The notes: generated by a model not told the origin, from the letters alone. DNA of 64,000 nucleotides from Octopus bimaculoides (GCF_001194135.2 NC_068981.1:173429293-173493292); one strand, 5' to 3'. Shown: positions 36,391 through 48,930, numbered from the stretch's first letter. Made by a program: numbers and translations.

Positions 36391-38438
36391 AAAAGGTGCA
36401 GTTATAAGGAAGATGACAGTGATAAAAACATAAAAGAGAATGCAAAGGAAATATGTAAACTGGTTTTATTAACTTAAAGATGGGACGATTTGTGCGCGGG
36501 TGCGGGGAGATTATTGTTTGGAAGGAGAATTTCTTTCCATTAAGACTTCAAGAAGAACAATTTCTGATGTTTTCTCTCTCACTTCGCTTAATTTAGGCTT
36601 TTGGGACACACTTTCTTCATTTTTCACGCTTGGAGGTCGTTTCATTAGAAACATATCGAGAGAAGTCTGCTTTTACCTGCCTTTCAAAATGTTACGAAAA
36701 TGCGTCAGAGCAGTGTCATTAAATAAAGCAGCTGCACGACCTGTAGATACTTTTTCAAGGTGATATTTTTCTACAAATTCAGAAACATACTGCCACTTTG
36801 CCATCATTGCCTTTATGTCACTCGTAGAGATTGCCTTCACTGCTAAACTGTCCTCCTCCTGGGAACCAATCTCTTCCACCGCATCCGAATGTTGCTGCTC
36901 CTGGAGCTGCAGGAGTTCATCTGCCGTCACCTCCTCTGAGTATTCCTCGACGAGATCGTTAATGGCCCCATCGTCAACCTCGAGGCCCATGGACTTGCTA
37001 AGAGACACTATCTTCGCAACTACAGGTGTCTCAGTCTCAAAACCCGCGAAGTCTTTTTCGGATACGCTGTCAGGCCACAGTTTCCTCCATTCAGAATTCA
37101 GCATTCTCCTCGTTACACCCTGCCAGGCCATATCAATGATTTTCAGGCAGTTAAGAATGTTGTTGCACTTCTTCCAAAACTCACGAAGGGTTAGATTTGT
37201 ATTTTCGGTGACTTCAAAGCACCGACGAAATAGGTGTTTGGTGTACAATTTCTTAAAATTATAAGTCACTTGTTGGTCCACGGGCTGCAGGACAGGGGTG
37301 ATGTTGCGTGAAAGGTACAGAACTTTTATGAATTTAAATTCGTCCAATATATCATCTTCGAGGTTAGGGGGTGAGCAGAAGCATTGTCGAGGATGAGGAG
37401 GGCCTTGAGCGGAAGATCTTTCTTCAGAAGGTATTTTTTCACTTCTGGTCTGAAGACAAGATTGATCCGCTCGGTGAAGAATTGCCTGGTGACCCCGGCT
37501 TTAACGTTTGTCCTCCTCATGACCTGCAGCTTCTCCTTCGGGATTCTGTGCCACTTGAACGCTTGTGGGCTTTCGGAATGGTTGACAAGACGATCTTAAG
37601 TCTCTTCTCGCATTGGCGCATAGAGCAAGAGTTAGCCTATCTTTCATAGGCTTGTGGCCTGGCATTTTCTTTTCCTCTGCAGTTATGTAGGTTCTTCTTG
37701 GCATTTTGTTTTCCAAAAAATGGCAGTTTCATCAGAGTTGAATACCTGTTGTGCGAGGTACCCCTCGGCTGCGATGAGCTGACGGAATTCACGCACGAAA
37801 TCCTCGGCTGCCTTCGTGTCAGAACTCGCAGGTTTCTTGCAGATGATGGTCTCCGCAATCGTATCTCCTGCGAGTTGCTTCTTGTTGATCCACACGGGAA
37901 GCAATTTTTCCATCACTTCGTGGACAGACGTGCATTGCTTGGAGTGCTGGAGATACTCTTTGCTGTTGTAACGGCCTTGACCTCGTCCTTTTTCTTCTGG
38001 GTGGTGCAGATCGTTGACGTGCTTTGGTCGTATTTACGTGCTATGCACACTACACGCACTCCTTTCTCATGTTTATCAATGATTTCCTTCTTCAGTTCTA
38101 TCATAATCAGCACTGTCCTTTGCACTAACCTTCTTAGGACGCATAGCCAACACAACTAATTATTATAAAATAATAGCAAAAAAAACGCACAAAACTTTGA
38201 AAAAACAAACAACAAACACTGGGAAAACACAATAGGGATGCTGCTACAATGAGATAAACACGTGAACTGAGCGAGCTGAGGCGCACTTGTTGGGAGAGCG
38301 TGTGTGAGGTCAGCGCTGACCAGCGGCTACTTGTACTGTGGTTTTCTACTTGTACTTCAAGACGAAAATTAACAAGAACCTCGGCTCGTATAGCAAATTA
38401 CTCGTACAATGGTGCACTTGTACTGCAAAGTTCTACTG
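36391..38438 (-). mobile_element. Tigger/TIGD1-like DNA transposon, frameshifted transposase
   Basis: Fragments IELKKEIIDKHEKGVRVVCIARKY, QQVFNSDETAIFWK, PRRTYITAEEKKMPGHKPMKDRLTL, LQPVDQQVTYNFKKLY. TIR-like CAGTAGAAC (minus strand) at 38430-38438. The 3' end is lost in a gap. Confidence 0.92.
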
Positions 38439-38444
38439 TGTGTA

Positions 38445-38511
<67 letters not shown>

Positions 38512-39323
38512 GTACCGAAGTAAGCACATAAATGCGAAACTTGTACTCGAACACCAGAGGTAGAGTAATATCCCGTTCGCTGGATATTTGAAAAAATGAG
38601 TTGGAATGTAAAAGAAAGGGATCATGAATAGTTGCTACCCAGAAAAGGAGAGAGCAAAAGGGAAGAGAAAAGAGGAAGGATATCTCCGCGTTATTTCAAG
38701 AAAGAAAGACTAGGATGGTGAGTTGACAGACTCATTGGCATGCCAGACAAAATTCTTATTGGCATTTCTTCTGATTCTTTACATTCTAAGCTCAAATACC
38801 TTTGAGGTTGACTTTGCCTTTTATCCTTTCTAAGTTGTTAAGATAATCACCAGTTCAACACTGGGGTTGATGTAATCAACCTTCCACTTCTACCAAAATT
38901 TCAGGCCTTGTGCCTATAGTAGAAAGAATTGTTTCGAGAAAGACTCAAAACCTTTAGGTCAAGTCTAGTCAGCAGGTGTGTAGGATCACATGAGTAGTGT
39001 TCATTCAATTGTGCTCAAAGATAAGCTTCTGTTAGAGCTACAAATTAAAATCAATAAGATTGCAAATAACCAAAATCAAAAACTGTAATAATATTATCAA
39101 ATGTTGTTCTATTTTGACCAAATGCACTCACAGTTAACAAGTATTGGTTTATCTATTGAGAAGGACTAAACTAGAATAAAAGATATATTTACAAGGGCTT
39201 ATTTGAAAAAAGAAATATATATAATGTATAGATTAAAACATGGATTAAGTATGATTAAAGTATTTTAATATTAAGATTATTTGGATTTAGATAAGTGACA
39301 AATGTTATACCTATGTAGGGAAG

Positions 39324-39709
39324 TGGTTATACACCATTAGGTGTACACCGCTTCCGTGCATTAAATTTCTAGAAGAAACTACGGAACGCAGATTCTGAAC
39401 AACATAACAATATTTATTTACAGTGGAATTCAGTTCACGCTTGGAGGGAATCCTGTAGCTCGTCGCCCTCGGTTACTGAGACGCCTCCTGAATGATTTCC
39501 ATGGTTATTTGTGAAGCTCTGGTGCTGACATGTGAGAGAGCTCTGTTGGACGTCTTGGCTCGACGGAGATCAGTCAACGAAGAGACTGAGAAAAGGCGCC
39601 AAAGCTGGGTGTCGAACTGTACGCATGCGCATGAGACTCTTCCTGTATTCCTTCCGGAACTAGTCCCTGCGCATGCGTAGATAAAACTCCGGACATTGAA
39701 CATATAACA
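39324..39709 (-). mobile_element. Probable solo LTR (Gypsy-like)
   Basis: GC/CpG-rich 386-bp island. The minus strand starts TGTTATA and ends TATAACCA, with AATAAA near the 3' end. No TSD seen. Confidence 0.5.
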
Positions 39710-39727
39710 GTCGTCTGCTATAAGTTG

Positions 39728-41066
39728 TCACTACACATATATACATAAATGTGTAATGGTGTCTGTCTGTGTGTGTGTTTGGGGTTACTCTAACTCCTCC
39801 CACAATGTCCAACGGATTTTAATGATTTTTAGCACATAGGTAGATCACATGTCCTGAAGTTCAAATAAGACTGGAATTTTTCAAAAACTCGATAATACTC
39901 AGTTAGCATCAATTTTTTTTAGCTCAATTGGGCATTTGAAGGGAAATTCCCATAACAATGTTATTTTTCCTGCAGCTTTTGCATTTTTTGTCTGATTTTG
40001 ATGAAAATTGATGAGTGAGTGAGGCTCATGGCAGTGAGTTTATGTCAGTATATGGCGTTGACAAAAAAATCGATAATTGCACCTGAGCAGTGGTTTTATA
40101 AAATCAATAGGCTTTTTGCGTGCAAATACCCATAGGGATTTTATTTTTGGCCGTAACTTTTATATTTTTTATCTGATTTTAATGAAATTTTGAGATGTAG
40201 GTAAATTTTGTGGTGGGGGAGACGGTAAAGGTGTTTATTTAATTCAAAAGGGCTTGAAAAGGGCACAAATACAAATAAGCATGTCCTTAGAGACATTCTT
40301 ATTGATTTTGTAGAAATTTTACACGTGACTACAGTTCATGTCCATTAGTTGATGACAGCATGAAGACTTGACAAAAAATTGATAATTGCACGTGAGCAGG
40401 GGATTTTAAGAGATCAATTGGCTTTTTGTATGCAATTACCCATAGGATTAATATTTTATGCCGTAACTTTTACAGAATTCATCCGATTTTGATAAAATTT
40501 GACATTTAGGTAAAGTTTATGCTCGGAGTCATGTAGTAGAATTAAAATTAAACTGGTGAAAGGCAGAAATCGTCAAAATTCACTCACAATAAAATAATGA
40601 ACTGATTTTGAAGAAAATTGACCCATGAGTAAAATTGAGCACTTCGACATATGAAACATTGATTATTCATATAATGTTTTGGGATTTAAAAGTCAATGGG
40701 ATATTTTCATGCAGATGGTCACATGGATTCTATTTTATGACATAACCGTAACACTTTTTTGGGGATTTTGCTGGGATTGGACATGCTGATTAATTTTGTA
40801 CAGAGGGTGGCATTAAGGGGAGAGAAATAAACAAACATCACTCTCAACAGGTCAAGGTACACCCAAAAGTTTGACTGTGATTTCAAATGGTTCAGTATGT
40901 AGGAGTATGTTGAAAGCATTAACCGGGTAAAATCCCTGCTGAACTAGATATAAAATCTTATTAGGTAATAGTTGGCACAGGGAACGTAGAAAGTTTCAAT
41001 ACAAGGTCAGGGGTGGGCTTAACTTCAACACAGAAAACATGAGCAATGCCGGGTCCAACAGCTAGT
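39728..41066 (+). mobile_element. Non-autonomous Helitron/Helentron-like element
   Basis: 5' ATATATACATAAAT followed by a (GTCT/GT)n microsatellite. 3' GCAATGCCGGGTCCAACAGCTAGT with terminal CTAGT. Internal ~310-bp diverged duplication. Confidence 0.55.
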
Positions 41067-41514
41067 ATAGATATAAATGTACCAAGTAGATATATATAAA
41101 TAGGAGATTTATATGTAATGGTTATGTGGTATATGTCAAATTACCTATCTGGATATAAAGCATGTTAGTAGTACTTGAATGATATGGAAATTTAATGTAG
41201 AAAATTTTCTAATATCTCTAAGTTCTTACTGTGAGTATGCTATTTAGTGAAGAGTACCATGAGAGTTCCAGTGCTACAAAGTCTGCATAGTCTTTTATGT
41301 GTAACATAAAAGTTTACTTTTTCAATGAGTTTCCATTTAAATTTTAATAGCAGGTTGATTTTTTTTAAGACCTGGATATACTTCAAAAGAGACATGACAT
41401 TATTCATGCAGGATTACAAAATGACAGCATGTGTTAATAGTACTGTATCTTCAACTGGTTCATGGTAAGCCTGATACGTGACTTGGTGAATCTAGCCTTG
41501 TTTTCATTATAATA

Positions 41515-42140
41515 TGAGGGCTGATTGATAAGTATCCAGACTGCTGCCATAGTAACGAAGCTAAAGCATGCAGAGTGAAGCCGTTTGGCAAAAATTGACC
41601 TTGAACACTGCAGTGCATATGCAATAAGTTTTACCATTCTCACTTCTGCTGTTTACAGCAACGCTTGGAAGGAAGGTGTGTAGCATGTGATCGTTGCATT
41701 GACCATGACAGAGAGAGTTGTCATAACAATACCTGTTCAGAGGTCTACACAAAGCTGCAGAAAGTGTATGGAGAGGAGTATATGAGCTGCACACAAGTGT
41801 ACCAGTGTTTCAAACGTTTCCAGGATGGCCAAAAAATGTTGATATTGATGAACGTTCTGGGGAAATTGTCGAATCCCCATCCTTGAGTTATCAGAGGATG
41901 TACAGATTCATTACCATTCAGTTCAGACCATTATCACTGAAGAGTTGGGTATGAGACATGTGTCTGCCAATTATGTGCCAGAACTGCTTTCAGCTGATCA
42001 AGAAGACACTCGGGTTTCAGTTGCACAAGATCTCCTTGATTGTGTCAGGAATGATGAAAACTTTTTGAAAACTTTACGTAGGCCTCTGAGCAGGTATTGC
42101 CAAGCTTTTGGCAAAATTTGATGCAGAGTTTAGAATAAGT
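41515..42140 (+). mobile_element. Internally deleted mariner element
   Basis: Begins TA-TGAGGGCTGATTGATAAG. N-terminal HTH remnant EVYTKLQKVYGEEYMSCTQVYQCFKRFQDG, then LGMRHVSA..VP.LLSADQ. Confidence 0.8.
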
Positions 42141-42387
42141 GGGTCCTATTTTACGGATGGAAATTTTGCTGTTATGTGGAACAAATTAAAAAGTTAGATA
42201 GGAGGTATGTTGTTGACTGAAGTAGTTTATAGCCCTGAAGAGAAAACATATCCTATGGAATCTTTTTGTTGTTGTTTAACCTTAGGTAAGTTATGATTGA
42301 GCAGACATAGTGTATTTAAAACATTATTCAATATGCAGTATGATATAAAACAGATTGGCTGCTATGTTGAACAATTATGGGGTTGGT

Positions 42388-42617
42388 TTAAATTTTTTTA
42401 GTGTTCAGATTATTTTGTCAAAAATAATGTTTATTTATTCACATTGTTATGAATTAATCGTGCATTATCTCGTAGCTTTGAGATTTTGATGCTGAATTTG
42501 TTTATTTTTAGAATGACATTGTAGGGTAGGTGTGAAAGCCAAGATCTGGCTGGTTTGAACATAAAACAGGTAAAATGTCTGGGCTAGATATGACTGGTTT
42601 AAATGCTAAATGGTTAA
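42388..42617 (-). mobile_element. Second copy of the TTAA-type MITE
   Basis: Reverse complement of 54870-55095. Ends TTTAAATGCTAAATGGTTAA. Confidence 0.65.
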
Positions 42618-42879
42618 ATCAGCAACAGTTGTATATAGATAACTATTTGTAACCCTTTTTTCTATTTTTCACTTCTTATAGTAAAACCTTCACTTGCTTA
42701 TATTACAGAGTTTATTTCTGTGTTTTTACATTTTATTTCTTTTTTTATTTTTGCAGTTTGAAAGATATTGTTTAAATCAATGTGTATGAAAAATGATGAT
42801 GGAAATTCTCCTGTCATGTGGAATGACTACTGAATTCATTTGGAAAATATAATGCTTTCAACATTTTTATGTCAATGTC

Positions 42880-44064
42880 ATGTTTAATGGCAAAAGAAGA
42901 AGCCTTCTTTTTGAAAGTGAATGTACTGAAACAAAACAGTCTATCATTCAGACACTTTTAAATTTCAGCTTTCAAGAAAGCCAACACCACTTTGATAATG
43001 ATTCTGTTAATGCTGATAATGTGAATGGAATTACTGATGGTTGGAAAAAATTCACCTCAATATATTTGCCTGAACCAAAAAATACAACAAGGCTTAAGAA
43101 AAAGTTCAATGGACAATCTCGTAGTTTAGGCTGTTTCGGTAATTACCGTTATGATCGTAAAAGAATGAAACTATTATTCACAGATAATTTAAAATTGATA
43201 TATAATTCAGAGAGTTATGAATATATTCCTTTGAATGGAGTTTATCAGGTTTCAAAATCTGCCGAAGCATTTTCTGATGCACTAAACTGTAAGAGAGGTA
43301 ATTTTGGAAAACGCATTCTTCTTCCTTTGAATGAGCCAGTTTCCTCACAAAAAGATGTTAATTTAGTTGAGGAAAATACTAATAAATCATGTCTCAGCTT
43401 ATCACCGGAGACTGAAAATAATTTTCAGTCACCAAAAATTAAAAATGTATCATCTTCAGCTTCACTTTCTGATTTGAGAATTGGTGTTGATAATCCATTT
43501 ACTCTGCTGAAAAAAACTTTGAATAAGAATCAGTTTCCAAAAAGTAAAAGTGCTGACATCAAAGGAAAAAGTACATATTCAACAATTTTTGAAAAATTTA
43601 AAGAAATGTTCTTTGATGAATTAGTTCCGAGAGAACAGCAGATAAGTAAAAATATTTACTACAACTCGGTTGTATACCCTCAATTCAAGTATCCAGATTT
43701 GGTTCCATCTGTTCAACTGAAATCAGTGATGCAAGAAAGGAAATGCCATGAAAGCTCTCAACTTTCTAAAAACAGTGACCACCCTCCTGTCTCAAGCACC
43801 TCTCAAACAAATTCTAATGCTAACTCTTACAATATTACCTCATCACTCAAAACAAAAAGCCTCCAAACATCAAAGAAAGGAAACAAGGCTGTCCCTGTTA
43901 ATGAAACAAGTAAGAATTTAAACTCCAGACATAATAATTATAACGTTGTTATACAGCCAGATGTGCTTTGTAAGCAACAATCTGACACTCTGACTGAAGA
44001 GGTTTTACCAGAAATTTTTGGGAAAAAGATCAAAGCTAGCCCCAGTATACATCGGTGGTTATAA
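42880..44064 (+). CDS. Uncharacterised 394-aa protein, S/N/K-rich; no family recognised
   Basis: Unbroken 1185-nt ORF in very AT-rich DNA with no TE motifs. Strong acceptor (tttttttatttttgcag) ends at 42756. An in-frame TAA at 42850 fixes the ATG at 42880. Confidence 0.65.
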   Translation: MFNGKRRSLLFESECTETKQSIIQTLLNFSFQESQHHFDNDSVNADNVNGITDGWKKFTSIYLPEPKNTTRLKKKFNGQSRSLGCFGNYRYDRKRMKLLFTDNLKLIYNSESYEYIPLNGVYQVSKSAEAFSDALNCKRGNFGKRILLPLNEPVSSQKDVNLVEENTNKSCLSLSPETENNFQSPKIKNVSSSASLSDLRIGVDNPFTLLKKTLNKNQFPKSKSADIKGKSTYSTIFEKFKEMFFDELVPREQQISKNIYYNSVVYPQFKYPDLVPSVQLKSVMQERKCHESSQLSKNSDHPPVSSTSQTNSNANSYNITSSLKTKSLQTSKKGNKAVPVNETSKNLNSRHNNYNVVIQPDVLCKQQSDTLTEEVLPEIFGKKIKASPSIHRWL

Positions 44065-44489
44065 ATTCAGTTTATTGGCAATAGGTAGTATGTGTTAGGA
44101 AAATAAAATTTTAATGTTTATCAAATTTATAACAATTTATTTTCATCTTAAATATGTCTTTGTAAAAGATTTTGTTACTTTTGATTTTTAAATTCATGCA
44201 TCATTTAGGAATTCATGAGTTTGTTTAATGAATGTCGTTTGAGATATAAGGTAAGATAAACCTCCAACTTGGAGGATATTTCTTAAGTAATTTTGTAGTC
44301 TAATTAGTTTTAGTAGATGAAAAGAAGTTATATTTAGATATATTTTTAAAAATTGCTTATATAAAAAGCAATCTTTCTCCATTGATTTTTGTTATAAATG
44401 AATATTTAAATGACTATAATAATCTTTAATTAGTTGATCTTGGCTAATCATTCCCATTTAGATGGATGTAGTTGTTTCCATTTAAATAA

Positions 44490-44900
44490 CTATAGATCAA
44501 CATCTGCTGCAAAAAATTTGGCCAAAGAGGAAATTCCAGGGTGTTGTAACTCTGGTAAGAAATGATTGGGTAAGTGTTTAATACAGGAGCACAATAACAA
44601 TGAGAGGAAGAAAGGCAGGTGCATCAGAAGGGATTGGATAGCAGTGATATGCAGCTTACTAGCAGAACCTGTTGCTGTAGATGTAGGAGGAAAGAAATAG
44701 ATGAGAAATAGCTTGTGAGAAAATGATTGTAGCATAATGATGAGTGAATCTCTGCCAGTCAGCTGGGAGGAAGCTAGCTTTTGAATGTGGCTTAAGATGT
44801 TTGCATGTGTGATAGCTTAACAGTCCTTGTTATAAGCAATATTCTGATGCAGGTCTTATTTGAGCTTTGCAGTGATAAGTGATTGATCTTGGCTGAGGTA
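44490..44900 (-). mobile_element. Possible L2/Crack-like LINE 3' remnant
   Basis: SFLTRVTTPWNFL resembles the C-terminal FFPRT..LWNSL motif. Heavily degraded. Confidence 0.4.
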
Positions 44901-45239
44901 TTGTTTAACTCCAATGAAGAAACCTAGTTTTTGAGTTGCAGTTTTTGTAATGTTTTATGTAATATAACATGATACATTTGACTTTGAGAGTTTTAATTGT
45001 ATGTTTTTAATATGTAAAGCAGGTGTAGTGCAAGATGGTTTTGGTCAGTCTGGGACTGTAATAGAAGATACTTGCCCAAGGTGTTCTGCAGTGTGGCTGA
45101 ACCCAGAATCATGTGGTTGGAAAGCAAACTTCTCACCACAGCCAAGCCTGTGCATGCTAATTGAAAATGGGTCTGTGAATTGTCTGCTGATTTCAACACT
45201 TGCTCTTATATTATCATGAAAGGACTTGATATCTGTAAA

Positions 45240-46120
45240 TTTATCAGTTAACCAAATTTTCTGAGAATTGTCTATAATGCATTGCAATACATTGAACCAA
45301 TGAAGTCAGTGAATTAATAATAGAAGTCAGGGTCATTGCATTTCTCTTGTCATTGACAAGCTGAAAATATGTCATTGGTTTCTCATCTCCTGGTTGAGAC
45401 TCAGGAAGAAGGGATATCCCAACATATTAATATATTGATATGTTGAATGATCAAAACAGGAACAATTCTGCTTAATATTTTCCTTACATCACTGATGATT
45501 GAAATGCCTTGAGAATTACTTCTTGTGTCTTTAAAATCTTTTCTTTGTACAATATCTTCAATAATGTATCTCTCCAGTCTTGAGAACTGTATAATATACT
45601 TCACTGATTACACATAAAATTGTCTAGAAGATTCAACATCCTATTTCCTCCTAATCTGAACACTTCTACTGGAATAAAATCAATACCAAAAGCTTTTTCA
45701 TTTTCAAGTTTCTGCAAAATATATCTTCCTTTACTGAAAGTAAGTAGATTATCTAGAAGGTGTTTTATAAGAACTTTCTGAATGAGTCCTAAAAAGGACC
45801 ATTCAGTACTTGATAAGCAATTTAGTAGATCACTAAAATATTCTTGTCACTTTTGAAGGATCTTATTTGAATATTCAATAAATGTTTTGCTATCCTTAGC
45901 CCTAATAAGAAGCTCAGGAAATTGATCAAGGATCAGAAACTTGATTTTTAAGAGAATAAAGTTCTTTAATACACTTTCTGAAAAATCATTGGCATGTTCA
46001 ATCCATTATTTGTTTTTCATTGTTCTGATTTCCTTCTGAATTCTTGATTTAACAGTTTTATATTGGGTCAGTAATTTTCATTTTTAGAGGGTTGTTTACA
46101 TAGATCTCTTTGCAAGGATC
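45240..46120 (-). mobile_element. Old RTE-type RT remnant
   Basis: Fragments GISIISDVRKILSRIV and LLPESQ in broken frames. Confidence 0.55.
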
Positions 46121-47108
46121 ATAAGCTTAGTATACGCTTATTACTATTGTTAAAACCAAAGGCAGCAAACTGGCAGAATTGTTAGTGTATTGGGTAAAAT
46201 GCTTAGAAGTATTTCTTCTGACTCTCTATGTTTTGAGTTCAAATTTTTCTAAGGTTGGCTTTGCTTTTCATCTTTTTGAGGCTAATAAAATAACTACCAG
46301 TTGAGCACTGGGGTCAATGTAATTGACTAGCATTCCTCCCCACCCAAGATTTCAGGCCTTGTACCTGTATTAGAAAGCTTCTTACCACACAGCCATTCCT
46401 GTATGCTTCTTTAAAATTCACAGCTCAATGAGGGAGCTATTACATGGATTCAATTCTAGCCAGTATGAACTTTTCTATGATATGAAGATAAGGATAGAAT
46501 ATAGCACATTGGTTTCAAATTTTGGTACAAGGCCAGCAATTTCAGGGGAAGGGGTAAGTTGATTACAATGATCCCAGTGTCCAATTGGTGTTTATTTTAT
46601 CAACCCCAAACGGATGAAAGGCAAAGTCGATCTCAGTAGAATTTAACTCAGAATGTGCAGACGAATGAAATACCACCAAGTAATTTTGCCCAGCACAGTA
46701 ATGAGTCTGCCAGCTTGCTGACTCAGGAATACTGTATATTAAGATTTGTTGAAGCTTTACCGACATACTCATAGAGAAACAGAATGGTATTATAGATAAT
46801 GTCTATGATTTCATTCCATAATTAAGTTGGTTTACTTTTTGATGTAAATCTTTAAAAAAATAGTAGAAAGCAACTCTCAAGGTAGAAGGAAGTGACAAGT
46901 GTATAACAAGGAATATAGCTTTCAGAGATGTTGTTTTTCTAAAACTACATGTTCACTACTACTCATGTGGACTTTAAAATGATCAAATGTCTTGATCAAA
47001 ATACAGTTTCAAAAGAAATATATTTCATGGTTCTCTATAAACTTCCAACCATCTTAGAGTTTTCAAAATAACCATGGAAATTCCGCTGGTACTGTTAGTG
47101 TAACTTAA

Positions 47109-47226
47109 CCCTTTGAGCCCTGACCTCCTGAACCTTATTTTACCATATACCTGGCGCTTGACCGGTGCTATAGTATACAGAAAAATAAGCCATCCACCAG
47201 TAAACCGGTGTTGCGGGTTCAAAGGG
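47109..47226. mobile_element. 118-bp piggyBac-like MITE
   Basis: TTAA at 47105-47108 and 47227-47230, with TIRs CCCTTTGAGCCC and GGGTTCAAAGGG. Confidence 0.75.
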
Positions 47227-47474
47227 TTAATTTTGAGATATAGTTTTAATGCCTTGAAATTATCTCCCCTTTTATTGACAATTACCAACAAGATTTTGTT
47301 TTCTTTCTCCAAGAGGAAAATTCCAACTAACTAAAATTTTTTTGCATGCTCCACTCAATAGATCACCCTTTAATTATATCCTTAAAGTTATATTTCTCTA
47401 AAGTGCACACACTAAATTCAAGTAAACTAACATAACCTTTAAATCTAAGATAAAAGAACAAAATTCTTATATAC

Positions 47475-47639
47475 TCTCTTTACTCCCTTTTACTCTTTTA
47501 CTTGTTTCAGTCATTTGACTGCGGCCATGCTGGAGCACCGCCTTTAGTCGAGCAAATCGACCCCAGGACTTATTCTTTGGAAGCCTAGTACTTATTCTAT
47601 TGGTCTCTTTTGCCGAACCGCTAAGTTACGGGGACGTAA

Positions 47640-47678
<39 letters not shown>

Positions 47679-47860
47679 TATTTATATATATACACATATA
47701 TACGACGGGCTTCTTTCAGTTTCCGTCTACCAAATCCACTCACAAGGCTTTGGTCAGCCCGAGGCTATAGTAGAAGACACTTGCCCAAGGTGCCACGCAG
47801 TGGGACTGAACCCGGAACCACGTGGTTGGTAAGCAAGCTACTTACCACACAGCCACTGCT
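47475..47860 (-). mobile_element. Octopus-type SINE, young full-length copy
   Basis: Same family in reverse orientation, CpG-intact, with an internal (TA/CA)n tract. Confidence 0.88.
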
Positions 47861-48249
47861 TATTATTCTTATATTGTTATTGCTTATCATTCCTAGAATA
47901 TAGTCAAATAAGAGTTATGAGACACATCTCAATGGCTGCAGTGAAATTTGAAATCCTCTCCAACACCATTAACAGCCAAGCACTTAAACTTCACATCCAT
48001 TGTGACTAATAGTGTTTATATGATTATTTAATAACTGTTACTGGCAATGTGAACAGATGTGGACTTAATATTAGAACATATAAATTCAACAAACTTTTCC
48101 ATTAGGACATTTCTTCAGGCATAACTTTTATATTTGTACCTTTTTATTCCATCAAAAAATTTTACTCAAGATACTTTCATCAGATCTCTTGATCTGATTA
48201 AATATTATAAATAGAACTTGTTAAACAATAGTCATAGCAATATTTATTC

Positions 48250-48930
48250 TTTTATTCTTTTACTTATTTTAGTCATTTGAAGGGTTTTAGTTGAACAAAT
48301 CGACTCCAAGGCTTTTTTAAATTCTATTGGTCTCTTTTGCTGAACCGCTAAGTTATAGGGACGTAAACACACCATCACCAGTAGTTAACCAGTGATGGGG
48401 GTACAAACACAGACACAAAGACACACACACATAGATATATATGAACATATACAACAAGCTTCTTTTAGTTTCCATCTACCAAATCCACTCACAAGGCTTT
48501 GGTTGGCCTGAGACACACACACATAGATATATACATAAACATATATGATGGACTTCTTTTAGTTTCTTATTTCTTTACTGCGCACAAGGGGCTACACACA
48601 GAGGGGACAAACAGATTAAGTCGATTATATCGACCCCAGTGCATAACTGGTACTTATTTAATTGAACCCGAAAGGATGAAAGGCAAAGTCGACCTTGGCA
48701 GAATTTGAACTCAGAACGTAGCAGCAGACGAAGTACTGCTAAGTATTTCGCCCGGCGTGCTAACATTTCTGCCACCTCGCCACCTTGTTTAGTTTCTTAG
48801 TTTCTGTCTACTAAATTCACTCACAAGGCTTTGGTCAGTAAAAGACATTTGTCCAAGGTGCCACACAGTAGGACTGAACCTGGAACCATGAGGTCGGGAA
48901 GCAAGCTTCTTAGCACACAGCCATGCCTGT
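48250..48930 (-). mobile_element. Cluster of nested or adjacent SINE pieces
   Basis: Family head and tail segments plus a second SINE type (GAAAGGCAAAGTCGACCTTGGCAGAATTTGAACTC). Confidence 0.75.

Noticed and set aside
44498-44554. Possible in-frame second exon for the orphan ORF (STSAAKNLAKEEIPGCCNS)
   Set aside because: It needs a weak gtggtt donor and a poor acceptor, and overlaps a probable antisense LINE remnant. The phase match has a 1-in-3 chance.
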